Origin: Haplodiscus bocki | Lineage: Eukaryota | NCBI GenBank assembly: GCA_965655095.1 | Contig: OZ296659.1 | Coordinates: 33,914,001-33,978,000, forward strand | Direction of reading: 5' to 3' | Length of the DNA: 64,000 bases | Shown here: positions 50,429 to 63,474 of the stretch, in pieces | How positions within the stretch are numbered: the first letter of the stretch is position 1 | How the letters are laid out: every line of letters begins with the position of its first letter | The notes under the pieces: generated by a model | What the model was told of the DNA's origin: nothing | Databases searched by the model: none | The model's input: only the letters and a program-made list of their open reading frames with translations | Translations under genes and position numbers: made by a program

Positions 50429-53094
50429 CACTGTAAAACTGGCGCGTGTAAAATTAGCTGCGAAGGACGCAGGTAAACTGATCCGCAGGTAAAAATACCT
50501 GCGGATGCAGGCGAAATTCTCCGCAGATACCGATTGCCTGCGGTTTCTGCGCGTAACTGGCGGAAATTTCCCTGCGCCCGCAGGTAAATTAGGTGAAGCC
50601 TTAATTGTTCCTGTCAGGTCGGCTTTTTTCACAGCGAAAGGGGAAAGGCACGTTTCCTTATATCCAGTTCCAAACATTTTGACCAAAGTAACTAATAGTT
50701 GCTTTTGAAGTCAATGGTGAACCCTTCAAATTTGATTTTGTTTCAAAAGAGTTAGATTGTTGGAGTGTTCCTTGCTGGCTCTTCAAACCGTCATACAAAA
50801 AAACAGCTCGCTGAAAAAGTCATCACTACCATCAAAATGATCGGGAACTGGCTATTGTCACTTTTTCGGTTTTCTCACTCGTACCGAGTGAAGGAGAGAT
50901 AACCAGCAAAAGTAAGAGTTGGTCTTCAATAGCACTTGAAACACAGTGCATTTTCGATGAACACTACTGATTTTTGTAAAAAAAATTATAAGTAAAACGA
51001 AGAACGCGTTGCTTTTTGTAGGGGAAAATTTCCTTAAAATTTCGAAAATCCAGTTTCCCAGAGAAAGAGTGAACAAAAAGTATTGAAGTGTTTCGGCAGA
51101 AAGTTTGATAGGTCTTTCAGAACTAAAGCAGCAAAGGACAGTTGGAGTTTTTTTCGCTTATAAAAACAGGGAGCCAATTTAATGGAAGCAAAATCTAAAG
51201 AGAAAACAACTTTAAAATGGATCTTATTGGACTACATAAAAATGTAACTTAAAGCAACTTGAATCTTAAAATTGGTGAAGTAAAGGCACAATTAAAACTT
51301 TTTTTAAAACTAGTCAATTTAGCACTCCAAAGCAACTTTTCCCCTAAAATTAGGCGTCTTACGATCTGGTTTTCCAACTATTAGTGATGATACAACTCTA
51401 TGATTACTTCTGGAATACTTTTGGCCTATACTTTGTGTATAAGTTGACCCCGTTTCTCTTGTCTAACAGCCGTTTCAAGAATTATATTATAATATTATAA
51501 TATAAATATTTAATAATTGTATATAATTGTATAATAATTATATATACTACTAATCGCCTATTCACAATTAATAGAATAAAAACGACAGAATTGACCAGTT
51601 TACCGGTATTATCGTTACATATCACCATAGCGGATACCGACCGTAAACATTGTCTTTTCACCGTCTTCGTATAAGATTCCGGCTCTTCACCTCATAATTT
51701 CAGGATTACCAACTACCTGAAAGCTGTACCTGTTGTATAAGTCGACCTCGACTTTTTTACTGGAAATTCTGGTTTCAAAAAATTGATTTATACACCATTA
51801 TATACGGTATTAGGCTTTGGTTGCTCCACTCCGTTTACTGTAATGTTTTTGTTCTGATAGATGTTAGTGGACACAGTTAAAAAATCTGTCGATGGTGGCC
51901 CTGCATAAGAGGGAAATGTGTTTGTGGCCTGCGAAGTCTAGAAAAAGCTTGAACTTTTTGAGATGCATACATGTCTTTGACCTGGTGCTCAAATTTTGTT
52001 CAGACATAAATGAAAGATACTGGCTACAGCTTCTCTTTTACTTCATTGTATTGATGGGTATAGTTGCCTCGGTTATTGGAATGAGTTTTTTTCATTTATG
52101 TTTCAGGTTTTAGGTTGAAGTTTTCTCGCATTGCAGTGTCACGGAAACGTTTGCAATTGGAATCGAAAACTGATTTGATCACAAATGGGTTGATTTTTGT
52201 TTTTTTTGTTGGTATATGCCTCGTTTCGTCGACTTCATGTCTGCAAAGACTAAAATTTGCAAAAATTGCTCAAATTTTATTTCTTTTTTGATGACATCAA
52301 ATCTTTTCGATAGTTTGAGGGGTTTTTTGTCTGTTCTTTGAATGCGTCTGTAATTTTTAGCCAGAGGATTTTTTAATATCTATTGATGAGCTTTAGCAAT
52401 GCATTGCAATTTTACTTCCTATGTTTGTGCGTCTTCCCTTCTAGCTTTCCCGCATGTAATGAAAGATTTTTGACACTATTGCATTACCTGCAAACGCAGG
52501 TGACTTTACCTGCAGTTCGCAGGTATAAAGACCCCACATGCAGTTTACCTGCGTTACATGCAGTTTACCTGTAAAAACGGGTAGTTATCCTTGCTTCTAC
52601 GCGGCAAGCACCTCACGCAGAATACACGCGTTAGCACTCAATAAAGCACGCAAGTTGCAGATAACTTCACCTGCATGATGCATGCTAACTTAACTGCAAT
52701 TTTCAGGTGAATTTACCCGCGGTGTGATAACAGATTGCCTGCAATTGCAGGTAATTCTTTGTGGAATTGCAGGTTTTTTTTCCTGCGATTGTGCGGGTAT
52801 TTTTTCCTGCGATTCTAGCGTTTTTGCCAGTAAGTTGCATTTGTTTTTGCTTGCAGAAGCAGGCAATTTTGCTAGCTAGTTGCGGGCAATTTTGCATGAG
52901 TTCCGCATGTAAAATTACCTAAAAAATGCCCGTGGTATTCAGGTAAATTTACATGCGCCTGGTGCTTGCCGCCTCGACGCAGGTAAATTTACCTCTTTGT
53001 ACAGGTAAACTGCGAGTGGGGCCTTTTTACCTGCGAACTGCAGGTAAAATTACCTGAGTTTGAAGGCAATTTTGCACGCGCCAGCTTTACAGTG
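50429..53094. mobile_element. Non-autonomous CACTA/EnSpm-type DNA transposon
   Basis: TIRs CACTGTAAAACTGGCGCGTG...CACGCGCCAGCTTTACAGTG, flanked by TA on both sides. Many subterminal acctgc/gcaggt repeats; no transposase seen. Confidence 0.85.
51420..51809. mobile_element. Possible Tc1/mariner-type MITE nested in the CACTA element
   Basis: Left tatactttgtgtataagttgaccc, internal gtataagtcgacc, right ttgatttatacaccattatatacggta. The left end is degraded. Confidence 0.45.
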
Positions 53095-54718
53095 TACTTC
53101 TACAATTCAAAATAACTGACTTGATAATTAACACCAGCCCATTACAATAAATGCTTCCCAAACAACCTGAGAATGAAGGAAGATTTCCAATCCAGTTCCA
53201 ATTTTGCAACAACCCAATCTAATCAGCAGCAACGCTAACAAAGTTCACAAAAACCCAAAAAAATTAAAAGCCTAAAACGTAAGATTTCGTCGTGAATCTG
53301 TTATATGCAACAAATACTCCGAAACAAATCTGCAACTCCTCTTTCATTAACATCACTACCCACTTTCATCATCCAGAGTTGGTTAAAAGACCTTTTCACA
53401 TAAGTACACGTCTCACAATCTAACACAAACCACTCCTCTGCATTCAACCGTAACTCTGTTGAGTAATTAACACCGTCCCAAGCTAGCTGCACACTTTCAA
53501 CATTTCCTTCTACAGCAACTAATTGAAAAAGACTTTACGAAAAAGATGAACTTGTCTATGAAATTGTTAGCAATTCTCAGATTGCGTTCAACAAAGAACC
53601 TGTTAGATTTTCTCTAGTTTTATGTGTTTTATGTTTAAAGTCGCTGATGAACAACAGGAACACATTTTCAAGACTGAAGTCGCAATCTTGTAAACATTCA
53701 ATCTTTGCTTCCAGAGTCTGATCAAGCCTAATCGCAGGGTTTTAGTTTTACGGTTAACAGGACTGGAGTTTTTCGGCAGACAGGACGAAATTCAGTATTA
53801 TCTACGCCTTCTCTAATGATATCAAATTCTGTTGAAAGTTTAGAAGGTTTCTTAAAAGTCAGCAGCAAAAAAATACGTAACACTAAATGAATGGACTTTG
53901 ACTCCATGTTTCACAGGAAAAGAAAGGCAAACTAGGTTCCCATCCAGTAGATATCTTCTTATGTCGAAAACTTTAGTTATGAAATTCTGAGATTGATAAA
54001 TAATTCAGTACTCAAATTCAGTTGCGATTGAAGACGTTCATGAACAAGTTCCAGTTCAAGGTTTTTGGAAAAAGCAAAACAGGGTAGTTTATGAACAACA
54101 GTAGTTTCGTAAAGTTTTGTTGGCAGAGATGCATAAATTACTCTTTTATCTAATATGATTTTTCATTTTGAATGTTTGTTATATTGTAAATGCAATACGC
54201 TTGATTTGAAATCTGTGATTATTATTTATTTAGGTTTGTACTTCATAACCGTTCCACTGCATAAAATCTATAATGTCCTTGAATTCCACACTCCCAAAAA
54301 TATCGAGTTTCTTTACCGATCCCCAGAAGAACAAAATGAATTTTTTGGTGGGGGGCATCCATAGGACTCAAAAAAATTTTGATGTGTGTAAGCAATCTCT
54401 CGACTGTCTTTTGTAAGATGAAGAATATAAATTCCGACATCAGTTTAAAAAATACTCTGTGGAGTACATTTCATTATCTGCTTCTGGTCTTTTTAGTGCT
54501 TGCTTTAATTTTTCATTCTAGGCTCTTTAACTTTTGAGTCCATACTAGTCTAATTTCATACTAATTTATACATGTTGTTCAAGTTCACATCGGATCATTT
54601 TCTGTTTTCTTCTACATTTTCAAAACTTTCGTTTACTCTTATATTCAAATAATGTCTTCATCACTGAGTTTTGTCTTTTCTCACTCTTTATTATGTTAAT
54701 GTATCTGTTTTAATTTTC

Positions 54719-54918
54719 NNNNNNNNNNNNNNNNNNNNNNNNNNNNNNNNNNNNNNNNNNNNNNNNNNNNNNNNNNNNNNNNNNNNNNNNNNNNNNNNNN
54801 NNNNNNNNNNNNNNNNNNNNNNNNNNNNNNNNNNNNNNNNNNNNNNNNNNNNNNNNNNNNNNNNNNNNNNNNNNNNNNNNNNNNNNNNNNNNNNNNNNNN
54901 NNNNNNNNNNNNNNNNNN
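54719..54918. other. Assembly gap (200 N)
   Basis: Run of N. Confidence 1.
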
Positions 54919-55112
54919 AAACATAGACACACACTTATCGCCCAACAACCATTGAGGAGTTGAAGCCCTGGAGATCAGTAGGAAATTCCAATGTATTGCA
55001 TGAGGAGGACAAAATTGAACGCTCCCTCAGACAATTCTAGTGTCCCAGCTATTGTCTGAACTTCCCAGATTTTGTACCTTGTAGCAACAGACTTTTTAAT
55101 CTTGACAAAACT

Positions 55113-55790
55113 GTAAACGACCTAATTTCTACAAAATAACGAGTCTATATATCATTAATTGGTCCTTCTGAGAAAAAAAACAATGCAAATTGCCTACAAT
55201 TGATTTGAAATTTGATAGTTTAATGAAAATTTTGAAAACAAAATACTGTTTTTATCAACATGTTCGGCTACTTTACGATGGTTCGCCAAAAATCTCAGCC
55301 TCTCGGTTTTATTCAACGTGTAAACTTCGAAAGTATCGATTCATTAAAACCCAACAGTACAAAGTACTTGGTCGATATTGACAACCCATGTGAAAATAAC
55401 TGCAAGAGAATATATTTTGCTGTTTTGGCCACCAATGGAACACATGGCTCATTGAGCACTAGTTACATTGGAGACAAATTCTTTCATCAAAATAAGCTAG
55501 GTTGGGACGTTGAAACTCAAAACACCCGGTTTTTTCTTCAAACTTCTCCGTGAGTGAGGTGCTGCAAGTCAATACGCCAAACAAACAGGTTAAATCAGAG
55601 CTAGTTGCCTGTTATTGAGACACAACGTATGTTCCGTACAGCCAATTTTTGGTTGACGTTTTGCGGAAACCAGAAAACCGAATGGGGTATTAAATGCGCA
55701 CTGGTTTCGGTCCTTAAAGTTGTGTTTCCCAAAACGATAGAACCAATCAAAATTTTCGGGCGACGGACACACAAACCCCGTATAGTGTTC
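55113..55790 (+). pseudogene. Packaging ATPase relic
   Basis: LISTK*RVYISLIGPSE; FIQRVNFESIDSLK..TKYLVDIDNPCE; FFHQNKLG; homologous to 46882-47520. Confidence 0.75.
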
Positions 55791-56642
55791 AAGTGTTCCA
55801 GTCATTTTCCCGAGAGCGCAAATACCGTTTTGCATAGAAATGTTTAGAAGAGATTATGCCGTTTTTTACGCGAGTACATAAAAAATAAAAGATCTGCTCC
55901 AAGAAAACTACAAATAATGGAAAGACAGCAGGTAGCAAAGTTTCAAAATGAAGAAATGGTGCTCTTTTGGGAAAAAGCAACTCGGAATCACTGACAAGTT
56001 TTTCTGGCGTCACAAAAAAGCTCACTACACATATGGTTTGTTACTCCTCTTTTCGTCAATCAATTGTCTTGACACGGATCAGATTGTTTTTGCGTTCCTG
56101 CTTCTGAGTACTACAAGAGTTTCACTAGGCAATCAAACACGATGCAGGGACTTTCAAAGTACCAAACTCAGTAAAATCGTAAATTGACTGGCTCCGAAAT
56201 TATTTCAGAAAAACTTTCTTGTCAAGGTTGACCAATGAGGAGACAATAGTTTGTCTTGTCTTGATAAAATTCTTTATATTTCTGAATGATCAATTTTGGC
56301 GGTGCAGAAACTGGAGTTTCACTATCGGAGATTGTTCATTGTCTGCGTTGTGGAAACTCATTCATTCGGAACGATTAATTAAAGTTTTTTGACGCTGCTA
56401 GTATCTACCAAACTCTGGTCTTGAATTAAAACTAATTAAAAGTTTGTAATTGGAGACAGATTTAGCATTTCCAAGTTTTTTGCGCACTTCAGCAACAGAT
56501 GCAAGCCACAGTTTGCACAAAAAGTTTGAAAAACTGATCCAAGCCTTTCTAGAAAACCGCCACCATATACAATAAAAGATAAACAAGATGACATTATACG
56601 TGGTAACTGTTATGGAAAAGCGTTGATCAAATTCTTTCGAAA

Positions 56643-57420
56643 ATGCGATCAGATACAAAAGAGTTGGTTTTAAGTGCATTTGCACAACTATTCCCAGATA
56701 ATCCAATCAGCTCCTTCAATTTTTTTAACGGAGCAGTGGAATCTGGAGTGGCAAAAAGAGGTTGCAACTTCGGAAACACCCTACGCATCAATGTACCATT
56801 TTCAAACACAGGAGTAGTTCATGTTTTTTGCTAGAAAAAACCTTCAGAATCCTCACAATTTTTTCATCTGGAAGCTGGCTCTTCTACTTCTAATACTAAT
56901 ATTGATGAATCCTTGAACACGATCATACAATGGATACAAAATGACTGCAACAACTTTATCACAGTCAAAGAGTCTCGAAGAAAGCATCTAGTTGAGATTC
57001 ACCAAGCAAAAACAGAGTCTGATCTTGCTTTCCTCAACACTGACTTCAAGTTGACTTTAGGATGCTATATTGGCAGTGAATTGAAAAAGTTACAAGAAGA
57101 AAAGTAACTCATAAAACAGAATTTGCTCACGAAGATGCCCGCATATGGTCTCTCAAGTTATACAGATTTGATTGAAGACAATATTGTACAAGATACAAAA
57201 ACTCTATAGCTGCGTTGCTTTCCCCTCATTTCATTGCCAACGGCAGGGGACTCTTCAAAAACAGACAACATGTGAATTCTCAGTTTTTTAGTCACATACA
57301 AACCAACCCGTGGCTCAGATATTCGTTTTTTGGTTTTCATATTAAATTGTGCAGCACAATCGGTGAAGAATTTCCGTTTGTGTATGTTGGTATCACTAGA
57401 TTTATTTTGATGTTTAGAAT
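56643..57420 (+). pseudogene. Minor capsid (penton-like) relic
   Basis: ELVLSAFAQLFPDNPISSFNF at the N-terminus; YTDLIEDNIVQDTKTL*LRCFP. Confidence 0.7.
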
Positions 57421-57439
57421 AGCTTTCGTCAAAACTTTA

Positions 57440-57800
57440 TATAAAAAATTGCTTGCTTCAAGACAATTAGAAAGTGCAAGCTGTGGTTATTTTGGCCAGA
57501 TGCGTCGAAGTGCATTTGGTACAACTGCATAGGTTCGGGGAGAGCAGCAGTTCCAATTGTGCGCAAAAATTTTATCCCCGTTGCAAAACTTGTCGGTGCT
57601 CTTTTGTTGGAATTCGCTGCACCATACTTTGCAGATTGGTTGTTACCGATTGGAAAATTCCGAAGAAACTGCAAATTTTGTGGGAAAACACACAGTGGAA
57701 AAACAACCGCGGTAGTCGTAGTAAGCAGGGGGAAGAATTCCAGCAAAGTCTACCAAACAAACCAGTCAGTTGCCACGGGTTACAAACTTCATTTTTGATC
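57440..57800 (+). pseudogene. Basic core-like protein relic
   Basis: GQMRRSAFG..RKNFIPVAKLVGALLLEFAAP, lying between penton and MCP. Confidence 0.5.
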
Positions 57801-57849
57801 ACGTTAAACAATTTTTGGTACCAAAGTTTTGTGGCAGATTCTGAAAATC

Positions 57850-59170
57850 ATGGAGAGAAAATTCCGGTAACTGACAAATTTTTTCGTCCCACCAGTTAAA
57901 AACTTGTCCTATTACCTCAACTGATAAAAGCTGGGCAAAATTTTAATGTCGCAGGGATTAGAACTAGTACGTTGACACGAATGGAATGAAATTGTTACTT
58001 TGACAAAAGACAGACTCTCTTCGCTTTGAAATTGAAATTAGTGAAATTTCGTGTTCTCGAAAGCTACAAAACCAGTGAAATTGAAAAAGGGCGAAACAAG
58101 GACAAGAGAAAAGTTACAGTGGACAAAAAGCATGCGGATGAAAACACTCCAGTTCGTCTCGTTACTCATGTAAACATAATGTTGAATTGAAATCTCTCCA
58201 AAATTGAGATGTACAGGGACAATCAGCAAATATAGATCTCAAATAGACTCTATGGGCACAAGTTTTACTTTTCCAACTACCACAGAGAACCCGTTTCCGA
58301 ATACAAGCGAGGTTGGCACTGCAAAGGCTATGACTAGGAAAAAGCCTCTGACAAAATGACAAGCACGCACTTGTTTGCGCTCTTTTTTGCTAGAAAAATC
58401 AGCGGGCTGCATCTAGCTGATGGCTTCAAGTTGTATGTTAAATTAGAGTTTGAACTTTTTCCCACTTCTGACAAACTTTATCCTAAAATGAAAGTTAGAG
58501 TTGGACTAATCAGAGCCAGATCCAACACTTACATAGCTGGTGACAACCAACACGGACATTGGCCTGGGATTTTAAAGCTGCTCGCTCTACAATTGTTGAA
58601 AAAACGTCAAGGGCGATTTTCACCCGATGATGATATACATAATTCCTCTTACTCCCCTGAAGAACCGCTTTTTAAAAACTCTAAAGAGCCATTTGATGAA
58701 TCCTGCCAAACCAAACACCTTCTTTCAGGAAAAGACTTTCGAAAAAGCTCCAGTTTGCCGAAAATCTATGGCAGTGGTTACAAATTTTTCATTCATCGAG
58801 TTGTTTAATGACAATCCATTCTGAAATCAGCAAATCGATTTTAAACAAACCGGATTACCCGAAGGAGGTCAGTCAACCGTAGACGTTGATAAAACTTGCC
58901 TATATGTCACGACAGGGAAAGCATTGAACTTTAAAGTTTTTATCCACTCATTTCCAAGTGAGAAATTCAAAAAACACTAGACACTGGTGTTTGATTTGAC
59001 TTCAAGTAATGGCTTCATTAGAAAACAATCTTGACCCAGAATTAGTTGGAGGACCATTGAGACTGTAGCTAAACTTTAGTTTTCTTCTAGATTACTTACT
59101 GAGTTTTTGACTTGGAGATCAAAAGCCTTTTTTTGCAGTTCACAAGTTTGGCGTTCTTCAAAAAAACTCA
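57850..59170 (+). pseudogene. Major capsid protein (double jelly-roll) relic
   Basis: THVN..SKIEMY..NQQI..LYGHK; DGFKLY..LYPKMKVRVGLIRAR; NPF; LYVTTGKALNF; LVFDLTS. Confidence 0.78.
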
Positions 59171-59174
59171 AATT

Positions 59175-59420
59175 AACCAACGTTGCTCTCCAGTTGAATT
59201 TCAACTGTACCTCAATTCAAGTATTGGTACATTGGATCATTTCCTTTAGCTTCCCAACGAATCCTTTTCAATTAGAACTTTGCCATCAGAAACATTCAAA
59301 CCATTTTCATGCAGAGTGAGCATTGGAAACCCTTGCAAACTCTCACAACAATGTCGAATACAGACTTTTTGAGACGTGGAAAATGCAACTTCCTCAACCA
59401 GCACTACGGACAGATAAACC
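59175..59420 (+). pseudogene. Cysteine protease relic
   Basis: NVALQ at the start and QSEHW; homologous to 48173-48554. Confidence 0.6.
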
Positions 59421-59439
59421 CAAAAGCCACTACAGTCTC

Positions 59440-59800
59440 ATTTCAGTCTGTTTTTGAAGAAATGTTCAACAGAATTGATTATAATCGGCTGGAAGAACGA
59501 ACAACCAAAGAAGTTCTTTTAACTGAATAGATGGACTATGGTCAGTTCAACAAAAATATAGCAACACAGTCCAACAACCAACAGAAATAAATCCAGTTTT
59601 CACATCGCTCAAAGTCAATGAGAAAGCACTTACTTTTACTTTGAATGATAAACGAGAGAGAAAACTATAAACATAAGATAGGAGACATAGTAAGAAGAGA
59701 TCAGAAACATAACTTGTTCTCCAAAGGTGATGCAAAAAGTTGAAGTAACAAGCTCTTTATGGTTGTCAACAGTATCGACTTTATTTTTGATACTCTTCCT
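59440..59800 (+). pseudogene. Polinton-type retroviral-like integrase C-terminal fragment
   Basis: SVFEEMFNR (ERFNR-like); YSNTV..INPV..SLKVNE; KIGDIVR...FSKGD..*SNKLF. Confidence 0.55.
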
Positions 59801-61779
59801 ACTCATCGTCCAGGACGCAATCAACTAGTTAATTGGGCCTAACCGTCGGAAATTCATCTAATTTTCAATGGACAAAAAACAAGTTGTGCAACTTGTTACA
59901 AGAAAAAACAAACATTTGATAGAGAGACTCATAAAAATTAAAGGAAAAATTGAGGCATCAAAGAACCTAATGCTGTCTTCGTGATTTTTGTTCCTGCAGA
60001 TTATATTTTTGAGATAAAAGGAAAAACCCATTCTATGAGCTTCAGTAAGAAAAGATTGGTTGTAAAAGACTACGTGAAATCTTAAACTTGTAGAATGAAA
60101 GAAAAAATACCAGTCGTGAGTTATCTGAAGTTCGTAAAGAAAAAACCTAAACTGCACCAGTGAAGAAAGATTTTGCTCCACTGGCAAAAAACACCTATGC
60201 ATTTGTTTTCACAGATTGATAAGAAAATAAACAAACTTCAGATAGAGCAATTAAAAAAACGAAACTTCTAGAGATCAAATTGATAAAATAAAAAACAAGG
60301 TTTTCTGAAAGATGAGCAAATTATAAACCGTGAAGGTGGTAATCATTAGTTCCAAACACTTAGTATTATACCTTAAGGATGATTTAAACAATGTAGTTCC
60401 AAATTGCAAAGTATATCTGTCGCAGCACGTCTGCGAAGCTTGCGGACAAACGATCCCTTCAACAAAAGACATCCCAGGTCCGTCGAGAAGGAAGTAGAAC
60501 TGTGATATACTCAAACTTATTCAAACACTTATTGTATCATTTACTTATTAATTCATATTTAGGGATACGTAGTATATACGTATCCATCTAGTACGTACAC
60601 ATGTAATTTATTTTGACGATACGTAGTATTTACGTATCGTCCCATAACATTTATTCCATGTAAAAGCACGTATCCGATACGTGTAATTCTGGTGAACTGA
60701 TCCTTATTGGGACGGAAAAGATGCGGAACGAACGAATATTCACTGTATTTTATATTAATTTTAGGTGCTATTTATATAACTAAAATAACTAATTATTATA
60801 TAAATCCACCTCTTTGAATGTGCAGTAATCTATTTAGACTGACAGCTGTAACAAGTTTCCATTAGCTTAACTATTAGAACAGAGCTTGACTTTAAAAGTG
60901 AATATTTGTTCCGTATGTGTTCCGTCGTAACTAATCTGGTGACGTCACTAGAATTTCAGCCAATCCGCTGTGGTACTACGCTGTTTCACTTTGGACGGCC
61001 CCGGGACGTCTACGTAGCCACCAGAATCATTCTCCTCAGTAGTACTGCGGAAGGCAGTGCTACAAGCGGCTACGTAGCCGCCACGGAACACTCCGGCCAA
61101 AGTGAGGCCTGAGCTGGTAGAAACGTGGAACGGGCTAAGATTGACTCCTAGTTTGTTCCAAACAGCGGTTTTAAGCGACGCAGCACGTAATCATGAAACT
61201 TTTGAGACAATAAACATTAATTTTACTTACTTTAAATTATTTTCCAACTGTATCATTGTATTTATTCCCTGTATGGAAATGACTTTGATCTTTTGTTTAT
61301 GTTATTATTTATGATGCCGGCGCGGGAATAACCACTTTGATGTCCATTTCCGACGGATCTGACCGTAATTTTTTCTGTCGAAAGATGGAAAAGACGCGGT
61401 CCGTGAGGAAAGAATTGGACGGAAGGGTGTTTATTTCCCGCCAGAGTCGGCATCCCAATTCTTTGAAAAATAATATGATGAAAGTACTTTTCCCTATTTG
61501 TACTTTGACTTGGCGTGTAAACAATTATGTTTCCCGCCAAGGAAAGGTACAAATAGGAGAAACAAAAGTACAACTATTATTATATAAAAAGTCGCCTTTC
61601 GGTATTGTACTTTTCATAATATTACGACTGTTGCTCGCTGTTTTTCCCTGAAAATCACTTTTAACTGTTGATATCCTTGAACCTTATCCTCACAACCAGA
61701 TTGAGAGGAAATCTGTTAAAAACAAAAAAAAGATAAGTTCAGTCTTCATCGCTGACGGGATTTTTCCCTTTCGAGAGAT

Positions 61780-63474
61780 AAGGCAACTCTGAGAAACAAG
61801 AGGAAACTAGCGGCAGTTTCAGGAGAAGCTCCCGAAGGTAGTAGAAGCAGTAGAGGACAGAACGTACTTGACCCTGAGTGAACCCAGGGTTACATCTCCC
61901 AGGTCTCCGAGGAGAATGAAGGGAGGGTAACTAAGAAACTGTCGAAGGAGTTTAACAAAACGGAGTCACGTATCTTGGGTGCTCTATCGAAACTTGACGA
62001 GTTTCTTCTTAACCCACAAGTTCGGACTTGTTCTGTGGCCGCTCACGGAACCTCCAGAAACTCTAATTTAGAAAACCGGGAAACTCATGAGGATCGCTCC
62101 TCAAACGATGCTCATCCCGAAGGGGGGTATTTTCCTCACCACTCAGGACAAATCAATGGTTCTGAGGCAGACATGGTGACTGAATCCTACCCTCACATGG
62201 TGACAGGAGCTACAGGAGAAATTCGTCACTACCCTCACATGGTGACAGGAGCTACAGAAGAGATCTACCACAACACTCACACGATGACAGCAACTCAAGA
62301 AGAGATTCCCTACTGCTCCCCTACTACTTCGTCAGGCAAACAGAAGAAGGCGCGCTCCACAAGTCAACCTCAATTCCGCAGTGACAATACCCCTGCGACA
62401 ATTGAGGCAGACCAGATTTTGTTGGCCCTTCAACAATTGGCGACGAACTCCAATTCAGCCAATTTCATTAATAAGATTAGCCGAATCTCGAAATTGCCTA
62501 AATCTCTGACAACGACGATGCCTACGTTCGATGGGAAATCAGAAAAATTCGATCTGTTTGAACATCTATTCCAAACGAGTCTGAAAATCCACAATCAGCT
62601 GACGGAAGAAGACAAGATAAACTACTTCCACTCTCTCATGCGCGGTGATGCTCTACAGACTTTCAAAAACATCACTAGCCCCAACAGAGAGAAATTGGGA
62701 GAAATCCTGACTGTGTTCCGTAGAAAGTACGTGAAACCCCAGTCAATGGCTACGGCAAAATACAGGTTTCAACGACTGGTCTTTAACCCCTCAAACCAGA
62801 AGTTAATTGATTTTCCAGATGAACTCCAGAAAAAAGCAAAAGACGCATTCGGAGTTGCAGCTCAAGCGATCATCGAGCAATTCATCTATGCCAAAATGCC
62901 CCCGCACCTGAAGAAAACAATTAACCAGGCGCATCTGGAAAACGGCACGTATGAACAGATTGTGTCGCATCTTGAAAGGGAGTTAGAATTGAATGGTTTC
63001 GAAGCTCCAGATGAAATGCCCATAAACACTGTGACGCAGCAAGCCCCACACCAAAACTCTAACAAGCCCAGACCAACATGCCACCATTGTAAAAAACCAG
63101 GTCACTATCAAAATCAGTGCCGTCAACTCAAACGAGAGAAAGACCAAACACGAAATAACATAAATAGTGCCAACAACAACAACAATGGTAGTGCCCAAAC
63201 AAACTCTAACCCCAACAACAACAAAGTTGCAAACAATACCAAAGGAAGCAATATAAATAATCAAAGACACAAAAGATCTAGACGTGTCTTCCCACCCTGT
63301 GAGACATGTGGTAGAACCAACCACTCCACAGATAAATGCTATCTTGGAGCAAACGCAGCGAACAGACCACCTCCACGAAATAGACGGCCGGAAGGACAGA
63401 ACCAAAGCCAGCAAAAAGATGATCAAAACATCTCAGATGGAAATTTCCAAGCTGCAGCCCAAGCTCTAAACTAA
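61780..63474 (+). CDS. gag: Gag with two CCHC knuckles (start codon mutated, one early stop at about 61879)
   Basis: MPTFDGKSEKF, LMRGDALQTF, CHHCKKPGHYQNQC, CETCGRTNHSTDKC; HMVTG tandem repeat (42 bp period). Confidence 0.92.

Larger units (their letters stand above)
55113..60400 (+). mobile_element. Polinton-like structural module (copy 4), very decayed
   Basis: Order: ATPase, small ORF, minor capsid, basic core-like protein, MCP, protease, integrase fragment. Confidence 0.8.

Noticed and set aside
49400-53600. Possible decayed ORF interrupted by the CACTA element
   Set aside because: Coding-like composition on both flanks but no identifiable motif.
54671-54955. ORFs containing X runs
   Set aside because: They span the N gap.
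60563-60592. Helitron 3' end (hairpin then CTAG-T)
   Set aside because: The hairpin lies only 2 nt from CTAG, and no 5' end or Rep/helicase is visible.
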